This document shows positions 17,514 to 29,724 of a stretch of 64,000 nt of DNA, in pieces. Source of the DNA: an uncultured Candidatus Puniceispirillum sp. (lineage in GTDB: Bacteria; Pseudomonadota; Alphaproteobacteria; Puniceispirillales; UBA1172); assembly GCA_965207125.1 (NCBI GenBank), contig OZ242263.1:331466-395465 (forward strand). The letters are read 5' to 3'. The translations under genes were made by a program, and so were the position numbers. Each line of letters begins with the position of its first letter. Within the stretch, counting starts at the first letter, position 1. The notes below the pieces were generated by a model. That model had not been told where the DNA came from and did not search any database. It saw only the letters and a program-made list of their open reading frames with translations.

Positions 17514-20500
17514 TGACAATGATGTGATTGATGGTGGTGATGGCAGTGATAGCATCACTAGCGGCAAGGGCGATGATCAAATAGATGGCGGTGCGGGTGA
17601 TGACGACATCATGCTTATTCATGATGATGACCCTCAGGTGGACGCCAGCACTAATGAAGTGCTTTATATGTTCGGTTATGACGGTGTTGGCATCGATGGC
17701 GGTGATGCGATCAAGGGCTTCCGTCGCGGACAAGATAAAGTGACATTCGTTGTGCATGATGGTCGTAAATTCGCTAATTTGAAAGAGTTTCTGGGGATTC
17801 TCAACGGTGCGGATGGTGAAGATTTGACCGCTGATGATGCCTTTATCGTAACCATGATATGGGGGCTTGATGAAGAGGACGCCTTCTATTTTGATGGCGT
17901 GTTGCTACACTTTAAGGAAGCAACGTCTTTCGGCGGCGGACGTATTTCTAGCCCTCTGGTACAGATTACTTTTGATCAGCGGCTCGGTCTTAATGATCTG
18001 ATTGATATTCTGGGCGGGGAGGAGAATGTCGCTGCAAACTTTGACGCCACGCATGCAGCATTCAAGAATCTGGCTGATGTTTTGCCGCGTCTCTTTGGTG
18101 GTGAGAATAGCATTGATTTTAAGCTTTTAACAATCACTGGCACTGCGCGTGGTGAGGTGACCGAAGATAATGAGAGCGCCAAGAGCGCTACAGGTATCGC
18201 TACGGGAACCCTCACCGCTGTTGACGATGGTGACCCATTAACACCGCCGCCAGTCATTGAGTTTGTTGGTGATGACGATGGTGATGGCGTTGTCGAGGGC
18301 ACATACGGCACGATGACTTTTAATGTGTCCAGTGGCGGATGGACGTACACGCTGGATAATATGAGGCCAGAAACGCAGCTGTTGAAAGCAGGCCAGCAAG
18401 AAACTGAAACCTTCACCTTTACCGCTGATGGTACTATATTCACCGTGACCATCACGGTTAATGGCGCGGATAATAAGCCTGTGGCTAATACCGAGTTTTT
18501 CGAGGCATCCGGGCAAGTCGGCCAAGAAATCACAATTGATCCAAACACTCTTTTCAACGACATTGAGGGTGAGGAATTAGCCCTGACATTCACGGTGATG
18601 CTGCTTGCTGACGACTCCACCAGAGAAGAGCTAAGAACGATCGGGCTTTCCTATAACTCCGTCACCAAGATGATCACTGGCACGCCGACTAAGCCTGGTT
18701 TTTATATACTCGAGGTTGCGGCTAGTTATAGCGGCGGCACAAAAGACGACATAGTGACAACATTTGGCATTACGGTCTCCTCGGGTGAAACCCTTGGGTT
18801 TGTGGGACAACAGATCACGCCGATTGATCTGGGCAGTTTTTTCGCTGATCTTGGCGATGGAACATTAGCGGTGACGTTCCATGATAGCACGGACGCTGAA
18901 GTCAATATCGGGCTTAAATACACCGAGATCAAAGAAGACACACCAGACGAGGACACAGAAGACACAGAAGACACAGAAGACACACCAGACGAGGTTATGG
19001 ACGGCAAGGTCATTGGCGGCACGATCACTGGCACGCCAACGACCACTGGCACTTACACTATCAAGATTGTGGCGTCTGACCCAGCGGGCACGCAGATTGG
19101 CGAGGCGACAATCTTGACTTTTGTGCTGAGGGCCCAACAAGCGCCAACTCTTACCTTTGCGACAGAGCAAGACGCTGCGGACGCAGATTTTACCACTACG
19201 GAGGATACGGATCAGCCGACCAATCCGATCGGGCCTATTGATCTAAGTGTTCTATTCGCTGACGTTGAGGGTAGCGCGGTGGCGGTGACTCTTGAAAATG
19301 GAGAGGCGTTAGACACAGTCGGTCTTTCCTATGATCCTGTCACCAAGATGATCACTGGCACGCCGACTGCATTTGGCACGCATACGATCACAGCTTCGGG
19401 GACTGACAGTAATGGCGATGAGATTACAGAAGAATTTATCATTACCGCCGGTTTAGAAACCCCCGCAAAGCTCATCCAAATAGACGACCCTGATGTGCTG
19501 ACCTATAATCCGCACGAGTCCTCGCGCAATCAAGTAGGAATCAGGGTCGGCGCGAAGGGTGGCTCCGCTGCCGATGTGGCCACGGCCAGAACAGACCTCA
19601 TCTCGGATTATTACGATTCAGACGTGAGTGTTTTCGCCCCAACGGACACAACCGATGCCGAGGAAGAATATGTGGTTGAGGGTGAATACGGGCGGTTTAT
19701 CGTCACGCGCATGAGGGGTGAGGACACCCCCGATGGAGATCCTGCCGAGCTGCGTTATTATTATGAGCGTTATCAAGACGGCGATGAGAATTATAAGAAC
19801 ATTAACGCGCTGGGCGCGGGCGAGATTGCCTATGATGTGCTGACAATCTGGGCGTTTGATGGGCTGACCGATGCGGAATTAGCGGAACTGACCGTCATGG
19901 GAGGCCCTCACGAAATCCCACAATCTGCTATAGACCGGCGGGTGTTCAAGACGGTTGTTGTTGAGATCACTGGCGCAAATGATGCTCCGGAAGTGGTATC
20001 AGAGATTTTCAATGTTTTATTCACAGATAGCCAGGCGGTCGATATAGATATAGACCCCGCTAATTTCTTTGACGTTGATGGCGATACATTGACAATAACC
20101 GTGACGCTTGATGATGACTCAGCGTTAAGCACGATCGGGCTTGCTTATGACCCCGCGACCGGGAAAATCACCGGCACGCCAAATGCCGCCGGGCCTCATA
20201 CAATCAAGGTCACAGCCGAGGACGGTAATGGCGGCGCGGCGCGTTATACTTTCATCCTGTCCACTGAGGCCGCGAATGTTAATACAGAGCCGGTTGTAGA
20301 AATCTCTGGCACGCAAACTCTGGTATTAATTGACAGGATTCCAGTTGCATCCGACTCTGACACAGGCTTTGATATCACCTACAGCGATGCCGATGATGCT
20401 CACCTCGATAATGACGAGGTGATCTATAACTTCTACCAGGTGCGGTTGGTACGCGATGAGAATGGCGATGTTATAAATACAATAAGAATCCGCCCCGCTG

Positions 20501-23500
20501 ATAACTTATTAGGCGTTAGCGAGGACGGCAGTATCCTTCTCAAGGCAGGGATTCAATTCATCTCTGACCTTAGTTTTGAAGTCGTGGCCACCGATGGTGA
20601 AGGCAGTAAATCGGCCCCTCAAGTATTTACAATCATCATCGATAATAACCCTGCCCCGATTCTTATTTTGGCTGGTTTGGATGGGGTGGGAACGGTTCTT
20701 GGTAACACAGACGACGGCCGGCTTAGCCACTTGATTATTGAGAACACGGATGTGATTCTCACTTCAGAGAGTTTCACCATCACCGGCGACCAAGCGGAGA
20801 AGTTTATTGTCAAAAAGGATGATGATGGTCTCTGGTATCTGTTCTTAAAGGATGACGAATCTCTTGACCAAGAAAACATCGAGGGGACCATTCTAGATCT
20901 TGACATCACGGTTTCAGTTTCTGATGAAAACGGCAATACCTTAACCTCAAACGCGGTGGATATAGTTGTTAACACGGCCCGGGAGTATTTCTTTGACCGC
21001 GGCGACCGCGAGACTTATGATTATGAGAATGTCATCTACCAAGCGCGTGCTGAAGGGGATGCTGAGGGCACGAGATACTCTATTAAGCCGGGGATTGGTG
21101 ATGCTGATCTCTTCATCATCGATGGTGATGACGGCGAGGTACGATTTAAATTCGGCCTTCTACCTGCTGCTTTCGACGTAGACAGAGAGTTTAACTTCAT
21201 CATCATCGAGCGAAGTGGCGGGGATGTGACTGAAACAGTGTTCACCCTCTATAACAACGCCCCCGGCACTATCAATACATCTGGTGTTGGTTCAACCCTT
21301 TCTCCTGACAAACCGATCGGTTTTAGAATAGGCTCTAATGTCGTTACGGCAGAGGACCCCGATGGAAGTGTCACCTTGGCTTATTACTGGTTCGCCGATA
21401 ACCGTCCTTTTGGTGAAAGAAGCAGTCAAAATTTAGAGAGATTGGTCAATGGTGAAATCGAAAGTAGTGTAAGTGGGCTGATGTTGACGCCTCTTGAGGT
21501 TGATAATAGCAGCTTACTCCTGCTCAAAGGCGAATATGCCGAAAAAGAAATCTGGCTGGTGATCGCCGCGACTGATAGTGAGGGGCATACTGTTTATCTT
21601 CTCTTGCAAAGTAGGCGTTTTGATATCGCTGACACCCGCCAGAAGGCCATCGATGGCGGGTTTACTCTTGCTGATATAGGCATTGGCAATAGTGACGGCA
21701 ATGGCAACATTGAGATGGTCGGCGACATCGGTAATAGTGATAATGATTGGTTCAGCTTTATTGTTGAAGAAGGCCAGTCCGTGACAGTCACAATCGACAC
21801 TTCTGGCAACAGAGATTTGAAATTCCGGATTCTTAAGTCAAGTGAAACAGAAAAGGACTTTAGAAATATTGACAAGGGTGGTTCGGCTTCTGAGGTGATC
21901 ACCGAGTCCGGCCTCTATTTTTTCCATGTGTCTCAACTGAATAATGCTGGCTTATACACAGTCACATTTGAAGGCATTGACGATAAACCCACCAATCTTC
22001 TGCTAGGCGAATCAATCGAGATAGTGACTTTGGATACTGATCTTAGTCAAGGGATGAAAGTCGGGGTTTTAACCATTACTGATGATATTTATGGTTCTAA
22101 CACTATTATCCTGACCGGCGCTAACGCTGAATTGTTTGAAATCCGCAATACTTCGGACCGATCGATCAAAGAATTGTGGCTGAAAGCCGGTGCTGACCTT
22201 GGCGCGTTGAGAACAACCCTTGAAGTCATCGCTTCGCTCGAAGGGACGGGCAAGGGTAGTAATCCGGACGTTGATCTGGTTATCACTGTAACCGCAACGG
22301 ATGAAGACATTCCTATCTCTATCACAGGGGCTCGTGGGGCCGCGGATACTACAGAAACGCGCACGACTTTTGTCTTGAGCGAGAACGGGCGATTAATTCT
22401 GCCTGACGGCACGGACGCGGGCGTGATCACGATTGTGGATACTAAAACGGCCACGAACCAGATCAGATTCGCCACAAGGGGCGTGCATGGCGGTTTATTC
22501 GAAATTGTTCTCTTGGATCATGATAATAACGCCAACACAGCTGATAAGTGGGTGTTGCGACTGAAAGCCTCCGCTGCGGCATTGCCGAGTGGCAGTAATT
22601 ACACCATCACCATTGTGGCAACCGATACCAACGACGATGAGTTCATGCTCGATCTGCGGATTGAGCAGAGAGGGCTGTATATTCACGATGCGGCCGATGC
22701 TGGTATTGATGATGATGGCTTATCGCGGGTTTTCACTGACGGCAAGGCTTTGATCGAAGAGAACACGGATGGGAGCAGCGGGACGCCGATTATCATCGGC
22801 GCGCTCCGGAGTGAGATCACTCCGAAATTTATCGCGGCCCTAGGTTTTGAGTTAATCGCTGGTGAGGCGGATAATGACCAGTTCGTGATTGAAAAGAATG
22901 ATGGTGCGGATGGCATAGCGAACACGAGTGACGATGTTTACACTCTAAAGTTCATAGGCCCTAATAGCGGTGATGCCGATAGTGCGACCGCTGATGATGA
23001 TGACATGGCGCCGAACTCGCTGGCAGAGCGTGAAGCGCTTAAGGCGTCAAGCTTCTCGAGGCTGTTGGATTTTTCCAATGTTGATATTACAGTGAAATTC
23101 AGTCGTGGTAATGGTTTTGAGACTTCAATTATTCTGCCCGAGGATTTCAAGTCGGGGGACACTATCTGGATTAGGTTTAATGACACTCAGTTTGACAACG
23201 TTAAGGGCGTTGAGGTTGTAATAAGTGTAAGCGATGACGGCAGATCGCTGATATTTACCCCCACTGGAGCCGTCAAGCTTATTCACTACACTATTCATGT
23301 GGGGGGCAGACTGAGCACGGAGGAGATTTATCAGATTGATTTTACCTCCGAGGCTCCAGTGCCGATCAGGGATGGCACGGTAACTCTCACGGTATCAGTG
23401 GTCAATGATACATTTACTAGCGATACCTGGCATATCACTCGTGTTCTTGTTGATGGGGCCGAGGTGGTTGAAAGTCGTCTTCTGGATAACATCGATACGA

Positions 23501-26500
23501 AGGTTACTCTGGGTGAAACTAATTATAATGATCCGATAAGTCTGGCAAATATGGACATTGCAGCGAGATTTGATGGTCTTTCTATCAGTAGTGGTAATGG
23601 TTTTGAGACTTCAATTATTCTGCCCGAGGACTTCAATCCAGGCGACACCATCTGGATTAGGTTTAATGACACTCAGTATAACAACGTTAAGGGCATTGAG
23701 GTTGTGATAAGTCTAGGCGATGACGGTACATCGCTGATATTTAGACCTACAGGAAGGGTCAAGCTTATTGACTACCTCCCTGAGGACATTACTCTGACCA
23801 CGGAGGAAATTTATCAAATTGATTTCACCTCCGAGACCCCTGCGGCGATCAGGGATGGCACGGTAACTTTCACGGTTAGAGATGCTACATTCACTAGCGC
23901 AAACTGGCATATATCTCATATTCTTATTAACGGGGCTGAGGTGGTTAAGAATCGTCTTCAGGATAACATCGATACGAAGGTCATCCTGGGTCTTGGTGAA
24001 ATTAATTACAATAATGTAATAAATCTGATGGAATTCGCACCTTTGTCTGTTGTGGCTGATGAAGGCGGCTCGGCAGGTAATACTATTAGGGTTTTCGTGC
24101 AGATTGGTACGACCGCGAACCCAACAACTGGTGCAAAGGGCGTTGAGTCGGTTTCAGTGGTGGATAATGTCATCACGGTTGTGACCTACAGCGAAGGGGC
24201 GCGTTGGCAACAAGTGGCGGATGCGATCAACGATGACAGTGATGCGGGAGCGTTGGTTGATGTTGAGGCGACTCCAGCGACTGCCGAGAGTGATGTTGAG
24301 GAGGTGGATTTGTTCTTAAGTGGCGGCGCTGATGCCGGGCCCGATGTGTTGAATATCAGAGTTCTTGAGACCTATCTTGAGGAAAAGACGCATGAGGAGA
24401 CCGTGCTTGAGGATGGCGTAGGCAGTTTTGTTGGAACAAAGGATATAGACGCGAGTGGCGATACCACCGACGAGGACACGCGGATTTTTGCATTGATTGG
24501 TGGCGGGATACGTGAGCGAGATTTTATCTACCAGGACTTGCTAGATGACGGTGAGACGCAGGAGTCACTGGAGGTGGGTGATATGCATAAGGCGTCAAGC
24601 TTCTCGAGGGTGTTGGATTTTTCCAATATTGATATTACAGCGAAGTTCAGTCGTAGTGGTGGGTTTGAGACCAATATTATTCTCCCCGATGATTTCAAGT
24701 TGGGTGACACTATCTGGATTAGGTTTAATGACTCTCAGTTTAACAACGTTAAGGGTGTTGAGGTTGCAATACGTCTAGACAATGACGGGACATCGCTGAT
24801 ATTTAGACCTACAGGAAGAGCTAAGCTTATTGACTACCTCTCTGAGGAAACTACTCTGACCACGGAGGAAATTTATCAAATTGATTTCGCCTCCGAGACC
24901 CCTGCGGCGATCAGGGATGGCACGGTAACTTTCACGGTTAGAGATGGTACATTCACTAGCGAGAATTGGTATATAACTCGTATTCTTATTGATGGGATCA
25001 CGGTGGTTAAGAGTCCTCTTCTGGATAACATCGATACGAAGATTACTTTGAGTGAAACTGATTATAATGATCCGGTAAGCTTGGCGAATATTGATATTAC
25101 AGTGAAGTTCAGTCGTAGGGGTGGGTTTGAGACCAAGATTATTCTCCCCGATGATTTCAATCTAGGCGACACCATCTGGATTAGGTTTAATCACCCTCAG
25201 TTTAGCAACGTTAAGGGCGTTGAGGTTGCAATACGTCGAGGCGATGACAACGCCTCGCTGATATTTACCGCCACTGGAGCCGTCAAACTTATTGAATACA
25301 ATCTTAATGGGGGAACCGCGCTGACCACGGAGGAGATTTATCAGATTGATTTTACCTCCGAGGCCCCTGCGGCGATCAGGGATGGCGCGATAACTTTCAC
25401 GGTACCAAGTAGAAATGCTACATTCACTAGCCAGGATTGGCATATAACTCGCATTCTTATTGATGGTATCACGGTGGTTAAGAGTCGTCTTCTGGATAAC
25501 ATCGATACGAAGGTTGTTCTGGGTCCGGGTGAGATTAATTATAATAATGCAATAAGTTTGGCGGAATTTGCACCTTTGTCTATTGTGGCCGATGAAGACG
25601 GCTTGACAGGTAATACTATCAGGGTTTTCGTACAGATTGGCACGGCTGCGAACCCAACAACTGGTGAAAAGGGCGTTGAGTCGGTTTCAGTGGTGGATAA
25701 TGTCATCACGGTTGTGACATACAGCGATGGTGCGCGTTGGCAACAGGTGGCGGATGCGATCAACGGTGACAATGATGCGGGAGCGTTGGTTGATGTTGTG
25801 GCGACCCCAGCAACTGCAGAGAGCGATGCGGAGGCGGTGGGTTTGTACTTAGAGGGCGGTGAAATTATCGTTCCACCTCTAGAGGAGAATACTAACGCAC
25901 GGCTTATCAATGTTGAGGGCGGCTGGATTTATCCTGGTGACGGAAAGGCTATTCGCTTTGAGGCGGTCTTTGATCTGCGCGTAGATTTAAGTACTGGCGA
26001 GGCGCAAATTATCGTTGTTCCGACCGGTGTGGATGCCAACGGAGTACGCATAGGTGAAGTGCGTTTGCTTGCCTCCAGTGAAGATAAACCGGATGAATAC
26101 TATGTTATTGGCACGACTGGCACGTTGGGTGAGTTCCCCGAGATTGAGGCAGCCACAGCCGTCCTTGCGATTGACGGCGTTGAGTATCTGAGATTCATCT
26201 CGGAGAAGACTGGCACGGAAGGTAATGGTCAGGAAATCCAGTTTGTGTTTCAAGATAGTTCCGTTGTTGGAATCTTTTCTGGTATCAATGATGATGGAGT
26301 TATCGTCATCATGATACCAAGAACGCTAACCCGCGATGATTTCAGCGATGGTTATGATAGTACTCCTGCCGTCGATAATCTTATCGATCTTGAATTTATC
26401 GGAGCCTTCAAAGACACAGGGTTTTTTAACGAAAGCAAATTTGATGATCTCTTTGATGATAGAAGTATCACATTAACTCTGAGCGGTGGGAGAGAGCAGG

Positions 26501-28044
26501 TTCAAACCGCACCAACTCCAGCAACTGGCACAGAAGTTACCACGCCTGAAGTGCTTACTTGGCAAAAGATCAGCACCAAAACCCATGAGTATCAGATTAA
26601 TCTTGATAACATTGACGATAACGGGCCGGTTTTCGGCGAGGCGCGCGGCTTTGAGGTGACGGCGGCAACGGCGGCGAGTCTTGGGATCAAGGGCGCGAGT
26701 GATGATGGTCAAGGGACGGTGATTAACGCTAAGGTTACTGATGTGGTTGAAGACCAAGATCTGATCATTACCGCAAAAACTGTTGGCTCTGCTGGCGCGC
26801 TCATCACGATTCAATTTGAAACCGGTAGTACTGCTGGCCGCGGCGTTGAAAGCATAACGGTAACCGAAACTGCGATTAAATTTGTGCTGAAAGCTGATGG
26901 AGCGATGTTGTCAGCCATCAAGGCTTTTCTTGATGATGATGCGGGTGCGGGTGCTGTTGCGGCGCGGGCGCTGATTGAGATCACGATTGCAAGTGGTAAG
27001 GACGCTTTAGAAATCGGGACACCGATCCCTGCAACCGCGCTGTCGGGCTCAACGGAAACCCACGGCGAGGCCTCTATTGATGAGAATAACACGGATCCAG
27101 GCGTGATTTTTCAGGTATCAGCCAGCGATGCTGATGGCGATGTGGTGACCTATTCTCTGGATGATGATTTTGGGCTGTTTGAGATTGATACCGACACTGG
27201 CGAGATTACCTTGATTACGGGCGAAAGCGCTGATTTTGAGGCGACACCAAGCTATACTCTTCAGGTGATCGCGACGTCTAGTTTTAAGGGCAAGGCACCA
27301 AAAACCGCGAATTTCAAGGTTGTGGTTCAGGTGAACGATATCACTGATGAGACAGTGGTTGATGTTGCTGAGGCCGTGATTGATGTTGCTGGTCTCACCC
27401 CGCTGCTCGGCGACGGGGTCGATAATGCATCGGTGGGCGATGCCGCCGAGACCGCACGTCAATTCTTGATCGGCGGTGATAACGCGCAGACGCTTAATGC
27501 TGGTGAAGGGGGGGATGTGATCTTTGGCGGCCGGGGCGATGATACCATCAATCTCGGCGCCGGCGCGGATATCGTGATTTATCGCTATGATGGCACAGAT
27601 AAAACCAATTCAGCGGCGTATGATGGCGGCGATGTGATCAATGACTTTGATCTGAGCGAAGACCGTCTGGTTCTGGCTCACGCGGAGGTTACTGGCAGTG
27701 CTCTTGATACCGCCCCTGCGCTCTTCGAAGCTCTTAAAGGTATCAACCTGCTTGTGGACGGAGATGGAAACATTACCGGTATTGCGCTCACCTTCACGGA
27801 CCGTGCTAACGAGACTCAAGAGATTGATCTGACGGTGAATTTTGATGAAGCCTTTGATTCCACGCAGATTAGTAACCTAGATACGCTCTTCAACGCAGAG
27901 GCGTCCGGCGAGCGAACCATCGCAACTAGCCAAGAAACCGCCGCTTATCAAGCGATCAACCAGGTGTTTGGCGAGAGTTTGCTGTTGATTGATTTTGCGG
28001 ATGTTGGTTTTGAGTTAAACTCTGGGGAAACTGATATTGTCTAA
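17473..28044 (+). CDS. Giant T1SS-substrate-type adhesin B, main ORF (3523 aa). A paralog of A with extra internal modules and the same C-terminal RTX plus secretion tail.
   Basis: It is collinear with A over most of its length. It carries four copies of the X module (versus one in A), extra Y modules, and an acidic TED-rich insert. C-terminus: [23 protein letters not shown]...[15 protein letters not shown]...[18 protein letters not shown]. Confidence 0.9.
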   Translation: MMAVMVMISSTGGDDNDVIDGGDGSDSITSGKGDDQIDGGAGDDDIMLIHDDDPQVDASTNEVLYMFGYDGVGIDGGDAIKGFRRGQDKVTFVVHDGRKFANLKEFLGILNGADGEDLTADDAFIVTMIWGLDEEDAFYFDGVLLHFKEATSFGGGRISSPLVQITFDQRLGLNDLIDILGGEENVAANFDATHAAFKNLADVLPRLFGGENSIDFKLLTITGTARGEVTEDNESAKSATGIATGTLTAVDDGDPLTPPPVIEFVGDDDGDGVVEGTYGTMTFNVSSGGWTYTLDNMRPETQLLKAGQQETETFTFTADGTIFTVTITVNGADNKPVANTEFFEASGQVGQEITIDPNTLFNDIEGEELALTFTVMLLADDSTREELRTIGLSYNSVTKMITGTPTKPGFYILEVAASYSGGTKDDIVTTFGITVSSGETLGFVGQQITPIDLGSFFADLGDGTLAVTFHDSTDAEVNIGLKYTEIKEDTPDEDTEDTEDTEDTPDEVMDGKVIGGTITGTPTTTGTYTIKIVASDPAGTQIGEATILTFVLRAQQAPTLTFATEQDAADADFTTTEDTDQPTNPIGPIDLSVLFADVEGSAVAVTLENGEALDTVGLSYDPVTKMITGTPTAFGTHTITASGTDSNGDEITEEFIITAGLETPAKLIQIDDPDVLTYNPHESSRNQVGIRVGAKGGSAADVATARTDLISDYYDSDVSVFAPTDTTDAEEEYVVEGEYGRFIVTRMRGEDTPDGDPAELRYYYERYQDGDENYKNINALGAGEIAYDVLTIWAFDGLTDAELAELTVMGGPHEIPQSAIDRRVFKTVVVEITGANDAPEVVSEIFNVLFTDSQAVDIDIDPANFFDVDGDTLTITVTLDDDSALSTIGLAYDPATGKITGTPNAAGPHTIKVTAEDGNGGAARYTFILSTEAANVNTEPVVEISGTQTLVLIDRIPVASDSDTGFDITYSDADDAHLDNDEVIYNFYQVRLVRDENGDVINTIRIRPADNLLGVSEDGSILLKAGIQFISDLSFEVVATDGEGSKSAPQVFTIIIDNNPAPILILAGLDGVGTVLGNTDDGRLSHLIIENTDVILTSESFTITGDQAEKFIVKKDDDGLWYLFLKDDESLDQENIEGTILDLDITVSVSDENGNTLTSNAVDIVVNTAREYFFDRGDRETYDYENVIYQARAEGDAEGTRYSIKPGIGDADLFIIDGDDGEVRFKFGLLPAAFDVDREFNFIIIERSGGDVTETVFTLYNNAPGTINTSGVGSTLSPDKPIGFRIGSNVVTAEDPDGSVTLAYYWFADNRPFGERSSQNLERLVNGEIESSVSGLMLTPLEVDNSSLLLLKGEYAEKEIWLVIAATDSEGHTVYLLLQSRRFDIADTRQKAIDGGFTLADIGIGNSDGNGNIEMVGDIGNSDNDWFSFIVEEGQSVTVTIDTSGNRDLKFRILKSSETEKDFRNIDKGGSASEVITESGLYFFHVSQLNNAGLYTVTFEGIDDKPTNLLLGESIEIVTLDTDLSQGMKVGVLTITDDIYGSNTIILTGANAELFEIRNTSDRSIKELWLKAGADLGALRTTLEVIASLEGTGKGSNPDVDLVITVTATDEDIPISITGARGAADTTETRTTFVLSENGRLILPDGTDAGVITIVDTKTATNQIRFATRGVHGGLFEIVLLDHDNNANTADKWVLRLKASAAALPSGSNYTITIVATDTNDDEFMLDLRIEQRGLYIHDAADAGIDDDGLSRVFTDGKALIEENTDGSSGTPIIIGALRSEITPKFIAALGFELIAGEADNDQFVIEKNDGADGIANTSDDVYTLKFIGPNSGDADSATADDDDMAPNSLAEREALKASSFSRLLDFSNVDITVKFSRGNGFETSIILPEDFKSGDTIWIRFNDTQFDNVKGVEVVISVSDDGRSLIFTPTGAVKLIHYTIHVGGRLSTEEIYQIDFTSEAPVPIRDGTVTLTVSVVNDTFTSDTWHITRVLVDGAEVVESRLLDNIDTKVTLGETNYNDPISLANMDIAARFDGLSISSGNGFETSIILPEDFNPGDTIWIRFNDTQYNNVKGIEVVISLGDDGTSLIFRPTGRVKLIDYLPEDITLTTEEIYQIDFTSETPAAIRDGTVTFTVRDATFTSANWHISHILINGAEVVKNRLQDNIDTKVILGLGEINYNNVINLMEFAPLSVVADEGGSAGNTIRVFVQIGTTANPTTGAKGVESVSVVDNVITVVTYSEGARWQQVADAINDDSDAGALVDVEATPATAESDVEEVDLFLSGGADAGPDVLNIRVLETYLEEKTHEETVLEDGVGSFVGTKDIDASGDTTDEDTRIFALIGGGIRERDFIYQDLLDDGETQESLEVGDMHKASSFSRVLDFSNIDITAKFSRSGGFETNIILPDDFKLGDTIWIRFNDSQFNNVKGVEVAIRLDNDGTSLIFRPTGRAKLIDYLSEETTLTTEEIYQIDFASETPAAIRDGTVTFTVRDGTFTSENWYITRILIDGITVVKSPLLDNIDTKITLSETDYNDPVSLANIDITVKFSRRGGFETKIILPDDFNLGDTIWIRFNHPQFSNVKGVEVAIRRGDDNASLIFTATGAVKLIEYNLNGGTALTTEEIYQIDFTSEAPAAIRDGAITFTVPSRNATFTSQDWHITRILIDGITVVKSRLLDNIDTKVVLGPGEINYNNAISLAEFAPLSIVADEDGLTGNTIRVFVQIGTAANPTTGEKGVESVSVVDNVITVVTYSDGARWQQVADAINGDNDAGALVDVVATPATAESDAEAVGLYLEGGEIIVPPLEENTNARLINVEGGWIYPGDGKAIRFEAVFDLRVDLSTGEAQIIVVPTGVDANGVRIGEVRLLASSEDKPDEYYVIGTTGTLGEFPEIEAATAVLAIDGVEYLRFISEKTGTEGNGQEIQFVFQDSSVVGIFSGINDDGVIVIMIPRTLTRDDFSDGYDSTPAVDNLIDLEFIGAFKDTGFFNESKFDDLFDDRSITLTLSGGREQVQTAPTPATGTEVTTPEVLTWQKISTKTHEYQINLDNIDDNGPVFGEARGFEVTAATAASLGIKGASDDGQGTVINAKVTDVVEDQDLIITAKTVGSAGALITIQFETGSTAGRGVESITVTETAIKFVLKADGAMLSAIKAFLDDDAGAGAVAARALIEITIASGKDALEIGTPIPATALSGSTETHGEASIDENNTDPGVIFQVSASDADGDVVTYSLDDDFGLFEIDTDTGEITLITGESADFEATPSYTLQVIATSSFKGKAPKTANFKVVVQVNDITDETVVDVAEAVIDVAGLTPLLGDGVDNASVGDAAETARQFLIGGDNAQTLNAGEGGDVIFGGRGDDTINLGAGADIVIYRYDGTDKTNSAAYDGGDVINDFDLSEDRLVLAHAEVTGSALDTAPALFEALKGINLLVDGDGNITGIALTFTDRANETQEIDLTVNFDEAFDSTQISNLDTLFNAEASGERTIATSQETAAYQAINQVFGESLLLIDFADVGFELNSGETDIV
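23041..25870 (+). repeat. Segmental super-repeat inside gene B: two copies of [X module - X module - Y module], joined by a linker
   Basis: Copy 1: [36 protein letters not shown]... then [12 protein letters not shown]...[14 protein letters not shown]... then [20 protein letters not shown]. Copy 2 starts at ~24590: [36 protein letters not shown]..., then a second X module, then [20 protein letters not shown]. Confidence 0.8.
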
Positions 28045-28282
28045 CGTTGAGCATACGGCTAATATTGCTGAGGAGACTAGTCAGAGGAAGCCAAAAAGCT
28101 TACTCAGTGGATGTTCGACAGGAGACTCTGAACAGAGAGATGATGGATCTAAACAAGATGCTCGCGGTCGTCAATTTTGCTTGGTTAAGCGGCTTAGATG
28201 GGCGGACGGCGGATTTATCTGTTATGCCCCCCATCCCTGCTCATCAAATTAAACCCAGAAAGCAGTCTGTGGGAGGTGCGTA

Positions 28283-28753
28283 ATGATTATTTTGACGAGA
28301 TTAGCCACGATCTCAGTTATTGGAAAACTCCCAGCAGCAGGAACCTTTGGCTCGCTGGTTGCAGTGATGACTGGCGGAATTATTGCCGTTAACTTCGGTT
28401 TTCTTGCCTTAGCGGGCGCGCTGGTTCTGTTTACGTTATTGGCTTTCCCCGCGATTAACGCGCATTATAAAAGCACAGGTAAACATGATGCTCGTGAGAT
28501 CATCATCGATGAAGTCATCGGGCAATGGATCGCTATTCTAGCGATTCCCCCTCCTTTCATTTGGGACGGGCGTTATATCTCAGCCCTCGCCGCCGCCTTT
28601 ATCCTGTTTAGATTTTTCGATATCCTCAAACCGCCACCGATCTCTCACGCAGAGTCCCTGCCCGGCGCGGCGGGTGTTATTGCTGATGACGTACTCGCTG
28701 GCGGTGTGAGTGGCCTGATTATTATCTTATTTTTTCAATTTTATGGCGGTTAA
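28283..28753 (+). CDS. pgpA: Phosphatidylglycerophosphatase A
   Basis: A 156-aa membrane protein with the PgpA-type motifs GTFGSL, IIIDEVIGQWIA and FRFFDILKPPPI. GGGAGG lies upstream of the ATG. Confidence 0.85.
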   Translation: MIILTRLATISVIGKLPAAGTFGSLVAVMTGGIIAVNFGFLALAGALVLFTLLAFPAINAHYKSTGKHDAREIIIDEVIGQWIAILAIPPPFIWDGRYISALAAAFILFRFFDILKPPPISHAESLPGAAGVIADDVLAGGVSGLIIILFFQFYGG

Positions 28754-28756
28754 CCC

Positions 28757-29281
28757 ATGGAAACAAAAATCAGAAACCTCGCAAAGGATGTCCTCATCCT
28801 TGCCGATAAATCCTCAATCACGATCGCTACAGCCGAAAGCTGCACTGGCGGCATGATCGCCGCGGCCTTAACCGATATCCCCGGATCATCTACATATTTC
28901 GATAGAGGATTTATTACCTACTCAAACACAGCCAAAACCGACATGCTTAACGTCCCCCCTGATATGATCTCTAGGCACGGTGCGGTTAGCGGTCAGGTCG
29001 CCGAAGCCATGGCGCAAGGGGCAAGTATGGCCATTGGCGGGGCGAGAGAAAACATCGCCGTATCCGTTACTGGCATCGCAGGCCCTGCTGGGAGCGGCGA
29101 GGATAGCCTCCCCTCAAAACCCGTTGGGCTTGTCTGGTTTGGGCTCGCTGTTGGGCACAAGGTAAATCCTGCCGCTTTCACTGAAAAGCACATATTTGAT
29201 GGCGGCCGGGACGATGTCAGAAAAGCCGCCACCTATCACGCGTTAAAAATGCTCAAAACAGCAATTGAACATTACTTCTGA
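28757..29281 (+). CDS. pncC: CinA-family nicotinamide-nucleotide amidohydrolase (PncC-like)
   Basis: TAESCTGGMIAAALTDIPGSS...RGFITYSNTAK...HGAVSGQVAEAMA...VSVTGIAGP match the CinA C-terminal domain signature seen in E. coli PncC. Confidence 0.85.
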   Translation: METKIRNLAKDVLILADKSSITIATAESCTGGMIAAALTDIPGSSTYFDRGFITYSNTAKTDMLNVPPDMISRHGAVSGQVAEAMAQGASMAIGGARENIAVSVTGIAGPAGSGEDSLPSKPVGLVWFGLAVGHKVNPAAFTEKHIFDGGRDDVRKAATYHALKMLKTAIEHYF

Positions 29282-29721
29282 TCGCCTTGATATGGATAAA
29301 GCAAGTCTGCGCGGGTTTCAAAAGCACGCACCATCCGCTTGACGGCTTCAGAAAAAAACACCTCAATGACCGACTGAAACACCATCGATTTGAACTCGAA
29401 ATCAACGTGGAATTCTATCTCTGTGCCTTCCTCATGCGGATGAAAACTCCATGAATTCCTTAAATATTTGAACGGGCCTTCGGCATATTCGACATTGATG
29501 GCCAGACTCTTACTATCAAAATCAACATATGACGTGAATTTCTCTCGATAAAACTTGAAACCAATGATCAGATCGGCGGTTAATTTATCGTCTGTGCGCT
29601 CGATGATGCGCGCCGCATGACACCATGGCAGAAATTGCGGATACGCGTTTACATCCAAAACAAGTGCGTAAAGATTTTCTGGCGAGTGGGGAATAACGCG
29701 CTTCTCAGCATGGGTAGTCAT
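29272..29721 (-). CDS. SRPBCC-family RatA / COQ10-like ubiquinone-binding protein
   Basis: It is collinear with E. coli RatA: YPQFLPWC, EGPFKYLRNSWSF, IEFHVDFEF. It lies beside lipA, as in many alphaproteobacteria. Confidence 0.8.
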   Translation of the reverse strand: MTTHAEKRVIPHSPENLYALVLDVNAYPQFLPWCHAARIIERTDDKLTADLIIGFKFYREKFTSYVDFDSKSLAINVEYAEGPFKYLRNSWSFHPHEEGTEIEFHVDFEFKSMVFQSVIEVFFSEAVKRMVRAFETRADLLYPYQGDQK

Positions 29722-29724
29722 GGG

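Noticed and set aside
7645-27819. Many minus-strand and alternative-frame ORFs inside giant genes A and B (for example 8010..8954 and 17976..18620)
   Set aside because: They are antisense or out-of-frame shadows of the GAT/GGT/ACC-rich coding strand. They have no start context and yield low-complexity products.
28045-28282. Three overlapping small ORFs between gene B and pgpA (28037..28252, 28047..28283, 28198..28392)
   Set aside because: They overlap each other, have no ribosome-binding sites or motifs, and the last runs into pgpA out of frame.
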